From an uncultured delta proteobacterium (lineage in GTDB: Bacteria > Desulfobacterota > Syntrophia > Syntrophales > UBA5619): a stretch of 64,000 bases of DNA. Positions 20,272-29,587 of this stretch are shown piece by piece. The DNA lies in NCBI GenBank assembly GCA_963817385.1, contig CAWFOM010000006.1:192001-256000 (forward strand). Reading direction: 5' to 3'. The notes below the pieces were generated by a model that searched no databases, had not been told where the DNA came from, and was given only the letters and a program-made list of their open reading frames with translations. Position 1 is the first letter of the stretch; each line of letters opens with the position of its first letter. The translations under genes were made by a program, and so were the position numbers.

Positions 20272-21522
20272 ATGGATGATACGCGACCCATAATCCTGGG
20301 ATACGACGCCGTTTCCCCGCTGGGCACCGACCTGCAAGGCCAGTGGGACCGGGCCGCCGCGGGCGAAAGCGGTGTGGCCGCGCTGACCCGCTTCCCGCTC
20401 CGGGAGGGGTTTCCTGTACGGATCGCAGGCCAGGTCCCCAAGGTCGACTCCGCTCCTTATCCCTTTCTCAAGCCCCGCGAGATGGCCCACTGGACCTCCC
20501 CGATCTTCCCGCACGCCCTCCTGGTCGTCCACCGGGCCCTGAAGCGGGCCGGCCTGGAGATCACTCCGGAGATCGCCCCGCGGGTGGCCGTCACGTTCGG
20601 CACCGCCATCGGCGGACTCGACGCCCTCATCGCGGCGGACCGGGTCCTGGAGGCGACCGGAAAGCTCCCCCAACCCTTCATGAACCCCAACTCCTGCATC
20701 AACATGGCAAGCGGCAAGGTCTCGATCCTGACCGGGGCGACTGGCCCCATCGCCTCGATCATCACCGCCTGCGCCACCGGGTGCAGTTCGCTCATCCTGG
20801 GGGCGATGTTCATCGCCCAGGGGATGGCCGATGCGGCCATCTGCGGGGCCGTGGATTTTCCCTTGATCGAGCCGATCGTGGCGGGATTCGCGACAATGAA
20901 CGGCGCGTACCGCCCCAAGGAGGGAGAAGAGCCCCTCCCGCCCGGGGCGGCGAGCCGCCCGTTCTCCCTCGACCGGCGCGGATTTGTCGTCTCGGAGGGG
21001 GCCGGCTGCATCGTGATCGCCTCCCGGGCGTTCGCCGCGGCGCACGGCCTTGCCTATGACACCGAGCTGGCCGGCTGGGCGATGACCGCCGACGCCTGCC
21101 ACGTCGTGGCCCCCAACCCGGTGACGGTCACCCGCTGCATCACCGAAAGCATCCGCCATGCCGGCATCACCCCGGCGGAGATCGATGCCGTCAACGCCCA
21201 CGCAGCCTCGACGAAGGTCGGGGACCAGGTGGAAGCCGATGCCCTCCGGGAGGTCTTCGGGGCGAAGATCCCCCCTGTCTCGGCCAACAAGTCGCTGATG
21301 GGGCACGCTATGGGGGCCACCAGCGCCATCGAATCGATACTCGCTCTTGAGGGGATGCGTCGGGGCATCCTCCTCCCCACGATCAACCACCGGTCCGACC
21401 CGGCGATCGATCTGGACTGCGTCGCCGAGGGGGCGCGCAGCCTCCCCCAGGAGTTCGTCCTGAAGAACGCCTTCGGCTTCGGGGGGTGCAACGCATGTCT
21501 TGTGTTTCGTCGCGTCAACTGA
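20272..21522 (+). CDS. Beta-ketoacyl-ACP synthase (FabF-like) KS1
   Basis: TACATG, NAHAAST, GHAMG, NAFGFGG: Cys-His-His intact. Confidence 0.93.
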   Translation: MDDTRPIILGYDAVSPLGTDLQGQWDRAAAGESGVAALTRFPLREGFPVRIAGQVPKVDSAPYPFLKPREMAHWTSPIFPHALLVVHRALKRAGLEITPEIAPRVAVTFGTAIGGLDALIAADRVLEATGKLPQPFMNPNSCINMASGKVSILTGATGPIASIITACATGCSSLILGAMFIAQGMADAAICGAVDFPLIEPIVAGFATMNGAYRPKEGEEPLPPGAASRPFSLDRRGFVVSEGAGCIVIASRAFAAAHGLAYDTELAGWAMTADACHVVAPNPVTVTRCITESIRHAGITPAEIDAVNAHAASTKVGDQVEADALREVFGAKIPPVSANKSLMGHAMGATSAIESILALEGMRRGILLPTINHRSDPAIDLDCVAEGARSLPQEFVLKNAFGFGGCNACLVFRRVN

Positions 21523-21532
21523 TATGAAGGCG

Positions 21533-21711
21533 GGGAAAATCGTTCCCTTCGCGCTCAGGATCTTTTTTCGACCCTGCACCTCCTCACTTCGCTGCAACGG
21601 CAAAACTCGCGCCTGAAGGCGCTCAGACAGTTGCCGTTGCGGTCGCTCCGCTGCGGGGGCAGGGTGCCCCGAAAAAATCTCAGAATCGCGCTGCCGGGAA
21701 TCGATTTTCCC
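21533..21711 (+). repeat. Palindromic repeat family A, full copy 1
   Basis: Long imperfect hairpin; highly similar to 58649-58822 and 54779-54854. Confidence 0.9.
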
Positions 21712-21783
21712 TGGGAGGCCGAGGGTGCGTCACGGTTTCCCGGGTTGAGGAACTGCATACTGTACGGATGGGTTGAAGCAGAA

Positions 21784-23055
21784 ATGAGACCTCCACTAAA
21801 TCGACGTGTCTTTGTGATCGGTTACGGGGCGGCGACGCCGCTGGGGGCGACGTTTCCCTTGACGTGGGAACGCGCCGTCCGCGGCGAGGCGGGCTTCCGG
21901 AAGGTGACCCGCTGCCGGGTCGAATCGGTCTGCGACGTGGTCGGGGAGATCCCGGACTGGGATCCGATGACGCTAACGTTCGTCGACGCCAAGGAGGCGT
22001 ACAACTGGAACGCCGCCTTCGTCATCCTCACCATGGCGGTCTGCCGCGAGGCCCTGACCCATGCCCGCCTGACGATGGACGGGGAGACCTCCCCTAGGAC
22101 GGCCTGTCTCATCGGCTCGGCGATCAACGGCGTCGATGCGTTCCGGACGGCCATGACCCATTTCCAGGAGCACGGTCCCCTGAAGATCAGTCCCTATCTT
22201 CTGCCCAACCTCTGCGCCAATCTCCCCTCGGGAAAGGCGGGGATGCTCCTCGGGTTCACGGGTCCGATCTTTTCCCCCCAGGGTGCCTGCGCCTCGGGCA
22301 ACCACGCCATCGGGATCGGCTCCCGTATGATCCGCGACGGGGATTGCGACTTCGTCCTGGCCGGCGGGGTAGACACGCCGATCCTTCCGGAGATCATCCA
22401 CGGGTTCGCCAACATGAACGCCACCATCAAGGTCCTTCCGGGGGATCGCGCGCATGCCGACCCCGCCCGGGCCTCCCGCCCCTTCAGCATTGACCGGCGC
22501 GGCTTCGTCCTTTCCGAAGGGGCGGGCGTCATCGTGCTCGCGGCCGAGGAGATGCTCGCCCGTCACGGGCTCACGGCGCGGGCCGAGGTGATGGGGGTCG
22601 GCTGGACCTCCGACGCCTATCATTTCACCAAACCGAACCCCGTTACGATCATCCGGGGGATCCGGGAGGCGATCGACGACGCGGGGCTTGCGCCCGCTGA
22701 CATCCAATACGTCAACGCCCACGGCACCTCCACGCCGAAGGGGGACCAGGTCGAGGTCGACTGCCTCCGGGAGGTCTTCGGAAAGCATCTGGAGAAGATC
22801 CCGATCTCTTCCAACAAGTCGCAGATCGGCCATACCCTCGGGGCCGCCGCCGCCATCGAGGACGCCCTGACCATCGAGGGAATGCAGCGGGGGATCATCC
22901 TGCCCACAATCAACCATCTGCCCGATCCCCGCTTCGCGGACATCGACTGCGTTCCCGACAAGGCCCGCAGGCAGCCGCATGAGATCGCCCTGTCGAACGC
23001 CTTCGGGTTCGGCGGCACCAACTGCTGCATCGTCTTTCGGGGGGTGGCTCCATGA
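21784..23055 (+). CDS. Beta-ketoacyl-ACP synthase (FabF-like) KS2
   Basis: GACASG, NAHGTST, GHTLG, NAFGFGG: triad intact. Confidence 0.93.
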   Translation: MRPPLNRRVFVIGYGAATPLGATFPLTWERAVRGEAGFRKVTRCRVESVCDVVGEIPDWDPMTLTFVDAKEAYNWNAAFVILTMAVCREALTHARLTMDGETSPRTACLIGSAINGVDAFRTAMTHFQEHGPLKISPYLLPNLCANLPSGKAGMLLGFTGPIFSPQGACASGNHAIGIGSRMIRDGDCDFVLAGGVDTPILPEIIHGFANMNATIKVLPGDRAHADPARASRPFSIDRRGFVLSEGAGVIVLAAEEMLARHGLTARAEVMGVGWTSDAYHFTKPNPVTIIRGIREAIDDAGLAPADIQYVNAHGTSTPKGDQVEVDCLREVFGKHLEKIPISSNKSQIGHTLGAAAAIEDALTIEGMQRGIILPTINHLPDPRFADIDCVPDKARRQPHEIALSNAFGFGGTNCCIVFRGVAP

Positions 23056-23543
23056 AGCCGAAACCCTTCCGCCCGGAAATCGCCGGCGACGACGGCCGGT
23101 ACTGGCGCGACGCCGCAACGGGCCTCGCCTGGCACCGCTGCGCGATGCGGACCCTCTACGCCGACACCGACCGCTCCACCGTCGTCTATCACGCCAACTA
23201 CCTCAAGTATTTTGAGTTCGGCAGGGCATCGCTGATGCGCGACGCCGCCTATCCGTACCGGGAGATCGAGGAGAGCGGCTACGTCTATCCGATCATCGAT
23301 CTGGGGATCCAGTTCCACCAGCCCCTCTACTACGACGATCCCATGTGGATCTATACCCGGCCGGCGGAACTCCAGCGGGTCCGGCTCCGGTTCGATTACA
23401 TCATCACCCATGCGGAGACGGGGGCCGATGTCTGCCGGGGATTTACCCGCCATTGCGCTCTCAATGCCCGGGGAATCCCCGTGGCCATCGATCCCAAGAC
23501 CGTTCAGCTATGGAAAACCTTTCCCGGCCCGTCGAAACGGTAA
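23052..23543 (+). CDS. Acyl-CoA/ACP thioesterase (YbgC/4HBT family)
   Basis: YADTD...VVYHANYLKYFE.GR. Confidence 0.9.
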   Translation: MKPKPFRPEIAGDDGRYWRDAATGLAWHRCAMRTLYADTDRSTVVYHANYLKYFEFGRASLMRDAAYPYREIEESGYVYPIIDLGIQFHQPLYYDDPMWIYTRPAELQRVRLRFDYIITHAETGADVCRGFTRHCALNARGIPVAIDPKTVQLWKTFPGPSKR

Positions 23544-24388
23544 CCATTCCCGTGGCGATACCCGTGCCCACGTATTTCGGCGATCATCACGTTTCCGAGC
23601 GGGTGGTCCTGCCGGCAGTCGAGGCACTGCAGATCCTGGCCAGCACGCTCCCGGCCGCGGCCGGCGCGGATCCCCGGCGGCAGGAGCAGGCCGTTTTCAG
23701 CCACCTGCTTACCCTTGATCCGCAGGTCCGTGAGATCCCGGCGATCCATGAGTGCACGCGCACCGCCGACGGCCGGTGCGGCTCCCGGCTTATCACCGTC
23801 GTCACCGGCCGAAAAGCCGCGTGGGCGCGCAGGATCGAGCACGCGTCCGTTTTCTTTTTGCCCGCGGTTGGCGAAAGAGGGGGAGAGGGGAGCGGACAGG
23901 CGCCTGTTCCCGGCGAAACGACGGCGGGGGAAGGGCCGGTGTTCACCGTCTCCCCCCGGCGACTCTATGGTGAACTCGTCCCCTTCGGACCCGCCTACCA
24001 AAACGTGGTGGGCGATCTCCGCCTGACCCCCGTCGGGGCGTGGGCAGAGGTTTCTGGGGGCAATTACCCGGAGGCGATCGGACCCCTGGGCTCTCCTTTT
24101 CCCTTCGATGCGGCCCTTCACGTGGCCTGCGCCTGGGGGCAGCGGTACCGGGGCATAGTCGCCTTTCCGGTGGGGTTTGACCGGCGGGAGATCGTCGTTT
24201 CCACCCGGGCGGGAGAAACCTACCGCTGCCGTGTCGTTCCCCTTCCGGATGGGGGCTCCGCGCTGCGCTTCGACATCCTGATCACCGACGGCGATGACCG
24301 GCCCGTGGAGGTGATCCGGGGGATCGTGATGCGCGACATCTCCGGCGGTAGGCGGAAGCCCCCCGCCTGGATGGGGGAGGTGCAATAG
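23510..24388 (+). CDS. Stand-alone PKS-type (double-hotdog) dehydratase
   Basis: DHHVSERVVLP (HxxxxxxxxP), FGPAYQ, PFDAALH. Confidence 0.75.
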   Translation: MENLSRPVETVTIPVAIPVPTYFGDHHVSERVVLPAVEALQILASTLPAAAGADPRRQEQAVFSHLLTLDPQVREIPAIHECTRTADGRCGSRLITVVTGRKAAWARRIEHASVFFLPAVGERGGEGSGQAPVPGETTAGEGPVFTVSPRRLYGELVPFGPAYQNVVGDLRLTPVGAWAEVSGGNYPEAIGPLGSPFPFDAALHVACAWGQRYRGIVAFPVGFDRREIVVSTRAGETYRCRVVPLPDGGSALRFDILITDGDDRPVEVIRGIVMRDISGGRRKPPAWMGEVQ

Positions 24389-24967
24389 ATGCGCCTTGCC
24401 GGACTGCTCCTTTTCACTTATCTCACCGCGTCGATCAACTTCGCCATCATCGCGCTTCGGCTCCTCGGCAAGGAGGATCCGCGGACGCGATTCAGCGGGA
24501 ATGCGGGGACGACGAACGTCTATCGTCAGGCCGGAAAAGGATGGGCGGCGGTTGTCCTTCTGCTCGACGTCGGGCGGGCAGCCTTTCTGGCGGCGCTGGC
24601 GCTGGCGCTGCTTCCCTTCCCTTTCGTTTCCTGGATCGGCCTGGCCCTGGTGGCGGGGAACCGTTTCCCTTGCTTCCACCGGTTTCGGGGCGGCAAGGGG
24701 GTGGCCAGCTACCTGGGCTTTGCCATCCCGATCGCGCCCTGGGGTGCGGCCGCGGCATGCCTCGCGTGGGTCGCCGTCCATCGGATCGTGCGGATCCCCT
24801 TCGTTGCCTCTTTCTGCATGATCCTGATCCTCGGGGGGGCGATAGCTGCTGCGGGCGGCGGAGAGGCGATCCCCGTCGCCGGGACGGCGGCGACTGTGCT
24901 GTTGATTGTCTTTAACCACAAGATCAATATCGCCACCTTGATCGAGGAGAGGCGGCGGCAGCCGTAA
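24389..24967 (+). CDS. plsY: Acyl-phosphate:glycerol-3-phosphate acyltransferase PlsY
   Basis: SGNAGTTNVYR, FRGGKGVA, HKINI motifs; multi-TM. Confidence 0.88.
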   Translation: MRLAGLLLFTYLTASINFAIIALRLLGKEDPRTRFSGNAGTTNVYRQAGKGWAAVVLLLDVGRAAFLAALALALLPFPFVSWIGLALVAGNRFPCFHRFRGGKGVASYLGFAIPIAPWGAAAACLAWVAVHRIVRIPFVASFCMILILGGAIAAAGGGEAIPVAGTAATVLLIVFNHKINIATLIEERRRQP

Positions 24968-25023
24968 CACGGGGCAGTGCAGGCCGCGGCGACGCGAAGC
25001 CCCGGAGGAAGGCAGGATTTTCC

Positions 25024-26460
25024 ATGCGCATAGTTCTGGTTCACCCGGCCGGATCCAACTGGATCCCCGGCCGGAAGGACATCACGGCCACGGCCAACCG
25101 GATGGCCCCCCTGGGACTCCTCTCCATCGCCGCTTATCTGGAGCGGGAGGGGCACGAGGTGTTCGTCCACGACTGCCTCGGCCCGCGGGCCGTCGCCGGC
25201 ATAGCAAAAAACGTCAGCCTCATCCTCGGGCATGGTCCCGATCTCGTGGGATTCTCGGCCACGACGTCGGGGTTCCTCGACGCCTGGGAGATGGCCGCGG
25301 CTCTCAAGGCTGCGCGCCCCGCGGTCCGGACCGTCTTCGGCGGCGTTCATGTTTCCGCCTTGGGAGGAAGCCTCCTGGAGCGTTTTGACCACATCGATTA
25401 CCTCTGCCCGGGGGAAGGGGAGGCGACTCTGGCCGCCCTTGCATCGGGGGAGTCTCCGGCCACGGTCGACGGCCTGATTTGGAAGGAGGGGGAGCGGGCG
25501 GTCGTCAATCCACCGCGGACGCCACTTGCGGACCTGGATGCCCTGCCATTTCCCGCCTATGAAAAACTGGCCGGGTTTCCCCGGGGGTACAACCTGCCCT
25601 TGTTCAGCTACATCGGCTTTCCCGGCGCCACCATGATCACCAGCCGGGGCTGTCCCTACCAGTGCTCCTACTGCGACCGGTCGGTATTCAAGCGGGGGTA
25701 TCGGGCCAACTCCCCGGCGTACATATACGGCCACATGAAACACCTCCGCACCCGGTTCGGCATCCGCCACCTCAACATCTACGACGATCTTTTTACGGCC
25801 GACCGGCCGCGGATCGCCGGACTTTGCGGCATGCTGACCGAGCGGCCCCTGGGGGTGCAGTTCAACTGCGCCGTCCGCGTCGGCCACACGGACCGGGAGC
25901 TTCTGAGGATGCTCAAACGGGCGGGATGCCTCATGGTGTCCTTGGGCATCGAGTCGGCCGACCCGGAGATGCTCCGGCGGCACAAGGCCGGCGTGACGCT
26001 CGAGGCGGTTCGGGAGACGGTCGGGATGATCCGGGCGGAAGGCCTCCGGGCCAAGGGGCTTTTCATGATGGGGCTCCCGGGGGAAACGGAGGAGTCGATC
26101 CGCCGGACCAGCGATTTCGTCCTGTCGCTGGGCCTGGACGACATGAACATGGCAAAGTTCACGCCGTTTCCCGGAGCGCCGATCTGGGAGACGATCCGGG
26201 AGGAGGGGACGTTCGAGGAGGACTGGCGGCAGATGAACTGTCTCAATTTTGTTTTCGTTCCCAAGGAGATCGCTTCCCGGGAGCGGCTCGATCAGCTCTT
26301 CAATGAGCACGTGAAGCGGTTTTACACGGACCCCGCCTGGCGCAGGAGATTCCGGAGCCGCCTTTGGGAGCACCGCCACAGCCTCTGGCACATGGCGAAG
26401 CACATTCCCGCATTCCTCAGCGCCCGCCGTCAATTCGAACCGGACAAGCTCTCCGGTTAG
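25024..26460 (+). CDS. B12-binding radical SAM protein (class B methyltransferase-like)
   Basis: PLGLLSIAAYL, GFSATT, GGVH, TSRGCPYQCSYC, GIES, GLPGET. Confidence 0.9.
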   Translation: MRIVLVHPAGSNWIPGRKDITATANRMAPLGLLSIAAYLEREGHEVFVHDCLGPRAVAGIAKNVSLILGHGPDLVGFSATTSGFLDAWEMAAALKAARPAVRTVFGGVHVSALGGSLLERFDHIDYLCPGEGEATLAALASGESPATVDGLIWKEGERAVVNPPRTPLADLDALPFPAYEKLAGFPRGYNLPLFSYIGFPGATMITSRGCPYQCSYCDRSVFKRGYRANSPAYIYGHMKHLRTRFGIRHLNIYDDLFTADRPRIAGLCGMLTERPLGVQFNCAVRVGHTDRELLRMLKRAGCLMVSLGIESADPEMLRRHKAGVTLEAVRETVGMIRAEGLRAKGLFMMGLPGETEESIRRTSDFVLSLGLDDMNMAKFTPFPGAPIWETIREEGTFEEDWRQMNCLNFVFVPKEIASRERLDQLFNEHVKRFYTDPAWRRRFRSRLWEHRHSLWHMAKHIPAFLSARRQFEPDKLSG

Positions 26461-26519
26461 CCGGCAAATACGATGAGAAAACCGTCCGGTCCCAACTTCA
26501 CCGTATCCACGCCCTTGAG

Positions 26520-27467
26520 TTACTTCAGGACACGTATCGGTTTGCCGTCGAGAAAGGCGATGATATCTTCAACGGCATCTTGATACATCTTGGTAAGGTT
26601 TTCTTCAGTAACATAACCGATATGGGGCGTCAGGAGCACATTGTCCAGACCCCTAATTGCATCATCCGCCGGCAGAGGTTCGACGTCATATACATCAATG
26701 GCCGCCCCGGCAATTCTTTTCTCCCGTAACACCCTGATCAGCTCTCGCCCGTCGACAACCCGCCATCTTGAGGTGTTGATGAGATAAGATGTCGGTTTCA
26801 TCAACCCCAGCTCCCGGGCGCCGACTATGCCGATCGTGCGATCGCTCAGAATGACATGGATCGAGAGGACATCGGACTGACGGAACAACTCATCCTTTTC
26901 GACGCGACGTACATTGCGTTCATTCGCGAGCTCATCGGTCAGATTCTGGCTCCAGGCGATTACCCTCATATCGAAGGCATTTCCCACGGCTGCCACGGCG
27001 CTTCCCAGCTTGCCTAATCCCAGCAGGCCGAGTGTTTTCCCGGCTAAACCGCAGCCCAGGCGGGTCTGCCAGCCTCCCTGTCTCATCGAAACGAATTGTC
27101 CATGAATGTCACGCATGAGCGTGATCATCAGCCCGATGGCTAGCTCAGAGGTTGGGCTGCCGACGCTGCCGGTGCAGCAGACGGTAATGCCCTGCGCATG
27201 TGCCGCGTTCACATCAAAGGACAGATTCCGTTTCCCGGTTGTAATTAAAAGCTTTAATTTTGGAAGACGGAGCAGCAGGCTGGCGGGAAACCGCGTCCGT
27301 TCCCGCATCCCGACGATGATCTCAAAATCGGCCAGGTTTCTTGCTGCAACTTCCTCGCCGCCGAAAGGTTCCTGGAATACGGTAATTTCAGCACGTCTTT
27401 CCAGTCGGTTCCAATTAGCCAATTTTCGCGAGACATTGAAATAATCGTCAAGAATGGCGATGCGCAT
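26520..27467 (-). CDS. D-2-hydroxyacid dehydrogenase family protein
   Basis: MRIAILDDY, MRERT, GLGKLG, INTSR, TPHIGY. Confidence 0.92.
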   Translation of the reverse strand: MRIAILDDYFNVSRKLANWNRLERRAEITVFQEPFGGEEVAARNLADFEIIVGMRERTRFPASLLLRLPKLKLLITTGKRNLSFDVNAAHAQGITVCCTGSVGSPTSELAIGLMITLMRDIHGQFVSMRQGGWQTRLGCGLAGKTLGLLGLGKLGSAVAAVGNAFDMRVIAWSQNLTDELANERNVRRVEKDELFRQSDVLSIHVILSDRTIGIVGARELGLMKPTSYLINTSRWRVVDGRELIRVLREKRIAGAAIDVYDVEPLPADDAIRGLDNVLLTPHIGYVTEENLTKMYQDAVEDIIAFLDGKPIRVLK

Positions 27468-27512
27468 AAGGTTCTCCTGTTGATTGATAAGGTATTGCTT
27501 TTCCGAGGGTAA

Positions 27513-27541
27513 AGTATATTAAGAAGGATTTTATGTGTCAA
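27513..27541 (-). promoter_or_regulatory. Sigma70-type promoter of the dehydrogenase
   Basis: TTGACA-N17-TATACT on the minus strand, about 45 nt upstream of ATG. Confidence 0.7.
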
Positions 27542-27664
27542 GAGGAGCTTGGCACAAAATCCGGAGTTCGACGATCATTACCGAAATGGGCCAGACCATG
27601 ACGCCACCCTAGAAAAAGTGCAAAATGGTGACGGGGCGATGCATTCACCGATTGGAAAGCTTTC

Positions 27665-29299
27665 TTAGGCGTGCCCGATGGCGTTCCAGTTGACCGCGAA
27701 TTCGAACCACTTCCCGCGGGTACGATCGTCGAGATCCAGGGCGGGCTCTCGCGTTCTCTCCGTCGCCCGTAGAGGAATCCCGTTGCTCAACGTTTCATAC
27801 AGGTCGATATATCTGTCAACCATCTTTTCCGGATCGTATTCCTGCCGGGTTTCCCGCATAATCCGCTTGATCTGCGGTTCGCGGACATCACAGGGAAGCC
27901 GGTGGAATTGAACGGCCCGGGAGAGGCCGTACCAGAGCCCATTGACATCATAATCCCGGAAAAGGAAGCCGTTGCCCCTATCTTTAGGCTTGCCGTTATC
28001 ACTGAGGAGCAACTCCCGGATCTTATCATGGTACCCGCCCGTATCGCGGTTGGTGGCCGTGGCCCCGAACAGGTTCCCGACCTGATCGATCTGCCCGCAC
28101 GGCTCGTATAATGAGGCGCCGAATACATCGCTTGCCGCGGCAAAACCGAGCATCGACAGGGGTTCGCTGAAGCGCTGGTAGGTTATTTTCCCCTCCGAGG
28201 CGCAGGCAATCCGTCCGCAGATCACTTCGTGGGTCCGGTCATTGCCGACACCGTTTCCGACAATGGCAATCTGCGTGTCACCGTGGGTCATGACGAACTT
28301 GTGGGCGATCGCCTCGAGCAGCTCGATGCCTTTTTGGGAAGGGTCGAGACGCGATGGCCAGTACAAAAGGATCTTTTTGGGGTCAATGACCAACCCGGTC
28401 CGTTTCTGGAATTCGACGAGATTCTCCCGCTTGGCGGCGATGACGTTGTTCTCGGGGCCGTATCTCCGAACAAGATGCTCGCTTTTCTCGGGGTACATGT
28501 TTCCGGCCGGGGCGTTAAGAATGGCCCGCGTTGCCCCGAAATCATGCTTGAGCCTGACCTCCTGGCGGACGCTTGGGCAAATGATAGGCCGATCAGAAAA
28601 GTGACCTTCGACGATTTCCTCAAGAAACCTGTTCCCAACAAAATTGACGAGACTGGCATTCTTAATGGCCGTGGTCTGGCAGTCAATCGCATGTTTTCCC
28701 TGATCCAGCGAGTGATAAAGATAATCGGACAGCCTTCCCGTATCGACACCGAAGAGCAGGTCGAAGGGGATATGGCCGGTATGGACGTTGTGGAGCGTAT
28801 GGAGAACCGGACACTCCTGCATCTTTGCATAAGCCGTGATGATGCCTCCCGCCATCCAGTCATGGCTGTGGATGATCAGGTGGCCGCCATTTTTAGCGCG
28901 GATTCGGGGAATGATTTGATTGACCATAGTTTTCTGGAATTCGGCTGCGTTCTGAACGGGATCGCCGGTGTAGGCGTCGGGTAGGTTTTCGAAGAGAGCG
29001 GAGCTGACCAGATGGATTCGGTCCGGATCGATGGTGGTGGTAATCCTGCGCCACTGATCGTCATTGAGTCCGTTTTCCTGCTGAAAACGCCTGCTCAGGT
29101 TCAACGTGGCCAGATGACATTCGATGCCCCGCTGTGTCAGTCCTTCACAGAGCGCCGAGATCACCTCGCCCAACCCGCCGCTCTTACCGGAAATGTAACG
29201 GGCCAGGGGACCCATGTCGTCGGGCAGTCGTCCCGTTTCCGGTGCAATCAGCAGGATCGCCATCTTCCTGTGTTTGCGATTGATGATATGATATCCCAT
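27665..29299 (-). CDS. Glycogen/starch synthase-like glycosyltransferase (GT5)
   Basis: KSGGLGEV, HSHDW, SRLDPSQKG, YEPCGQ, TGGYHD; GGAGG RBS. Confidence 0.85.
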   Translation of the reverse strand: MGYHIINRKHRKMAILLIAPETGRLPDDMGPLARYISGKSGGLGEVISALCEGLTQRGIECHLATLNLSRRFQQENGLNDDQWRRITTTIDPDRIHLVSSALFENLPDAYTGDPVQNAAEFQKTMVNQIIPRIRAKNGGHLIIHSHDWMAGGIITAYAKMQECPVLHTLHNVHTGHIPFDLLFGVDTGRLSDYLYHSLDQGKHAIDCQTTAIKNASLVNFVGNRFLEEIVEGHFSDRPIICPSVRQEVRLKHDFGATRAILNAPAGNMYPEKSEHLVRRYGPENNVIAAKRENLVEFQKRTGLVIDPKKILLYWPSRLDPSQKGIELLEAIAHKFVMTHGDTQIAIVGNGVGNDRTHEVICGRIACASEGKITYQRFSEPLSMLGFAAASDVFGASLYEPCGQIDQVGNLFGATATNRDTGGYHDKIRELLLSDNGKPKDRGNGFLFRDYDVNGLWYGLSRAVQFHRLPCDVREPQIKRIMRETRQEYDPEKMVDRYIDLYETLSNGIPLRATERTREPALDLDDRTRGKWFEFAVNWNAIGHA

Positions 29300-29587
29300 G
29301 TCAACCTCCAACCAAGTACACATTCTGGCGATTGTTTAGTGTAAAGTGTTAATAAAATCGATAATGATAAAACGGAAGGTATCTGGTAAGCGAAAACTAT
29401 CACCTCTCCTGTGTGTTCAACGCCTCGAAGCCGGAGCGCATGTTGACCAGTACTCTCCGACACCATCTCGTACATAGTAAACATTAATATTGTCACTATT
29501 TCCGGCCATGCCGCTTTTCAAACCCTCTTTTTTTATAATTCATTAAATGATGTTTAGCTAAAGTGGAGAGTACGTGTACTTCAATAC

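Noticed and set aside
21520..21560. Selenocysteine or readthrough at the KS1 TGA giving a KS1-KS2 fusion
   Set aside because: KS1 ends at its natural C-terminus (after NAFGFGG..CLVFRR). The downstream hairpin is a dispersed repeat far longer than a bacterial SECIS, and no conserved Cys aligns to the TGA.
26520..27467. D-2-hydroxyacid dehydrogenase as a VanH-like partner of the atypical Ddl
   Set aside because: 14 kb away, in a separate insert with its own promoter, and of a widespread subfamily; no linkage evidence.
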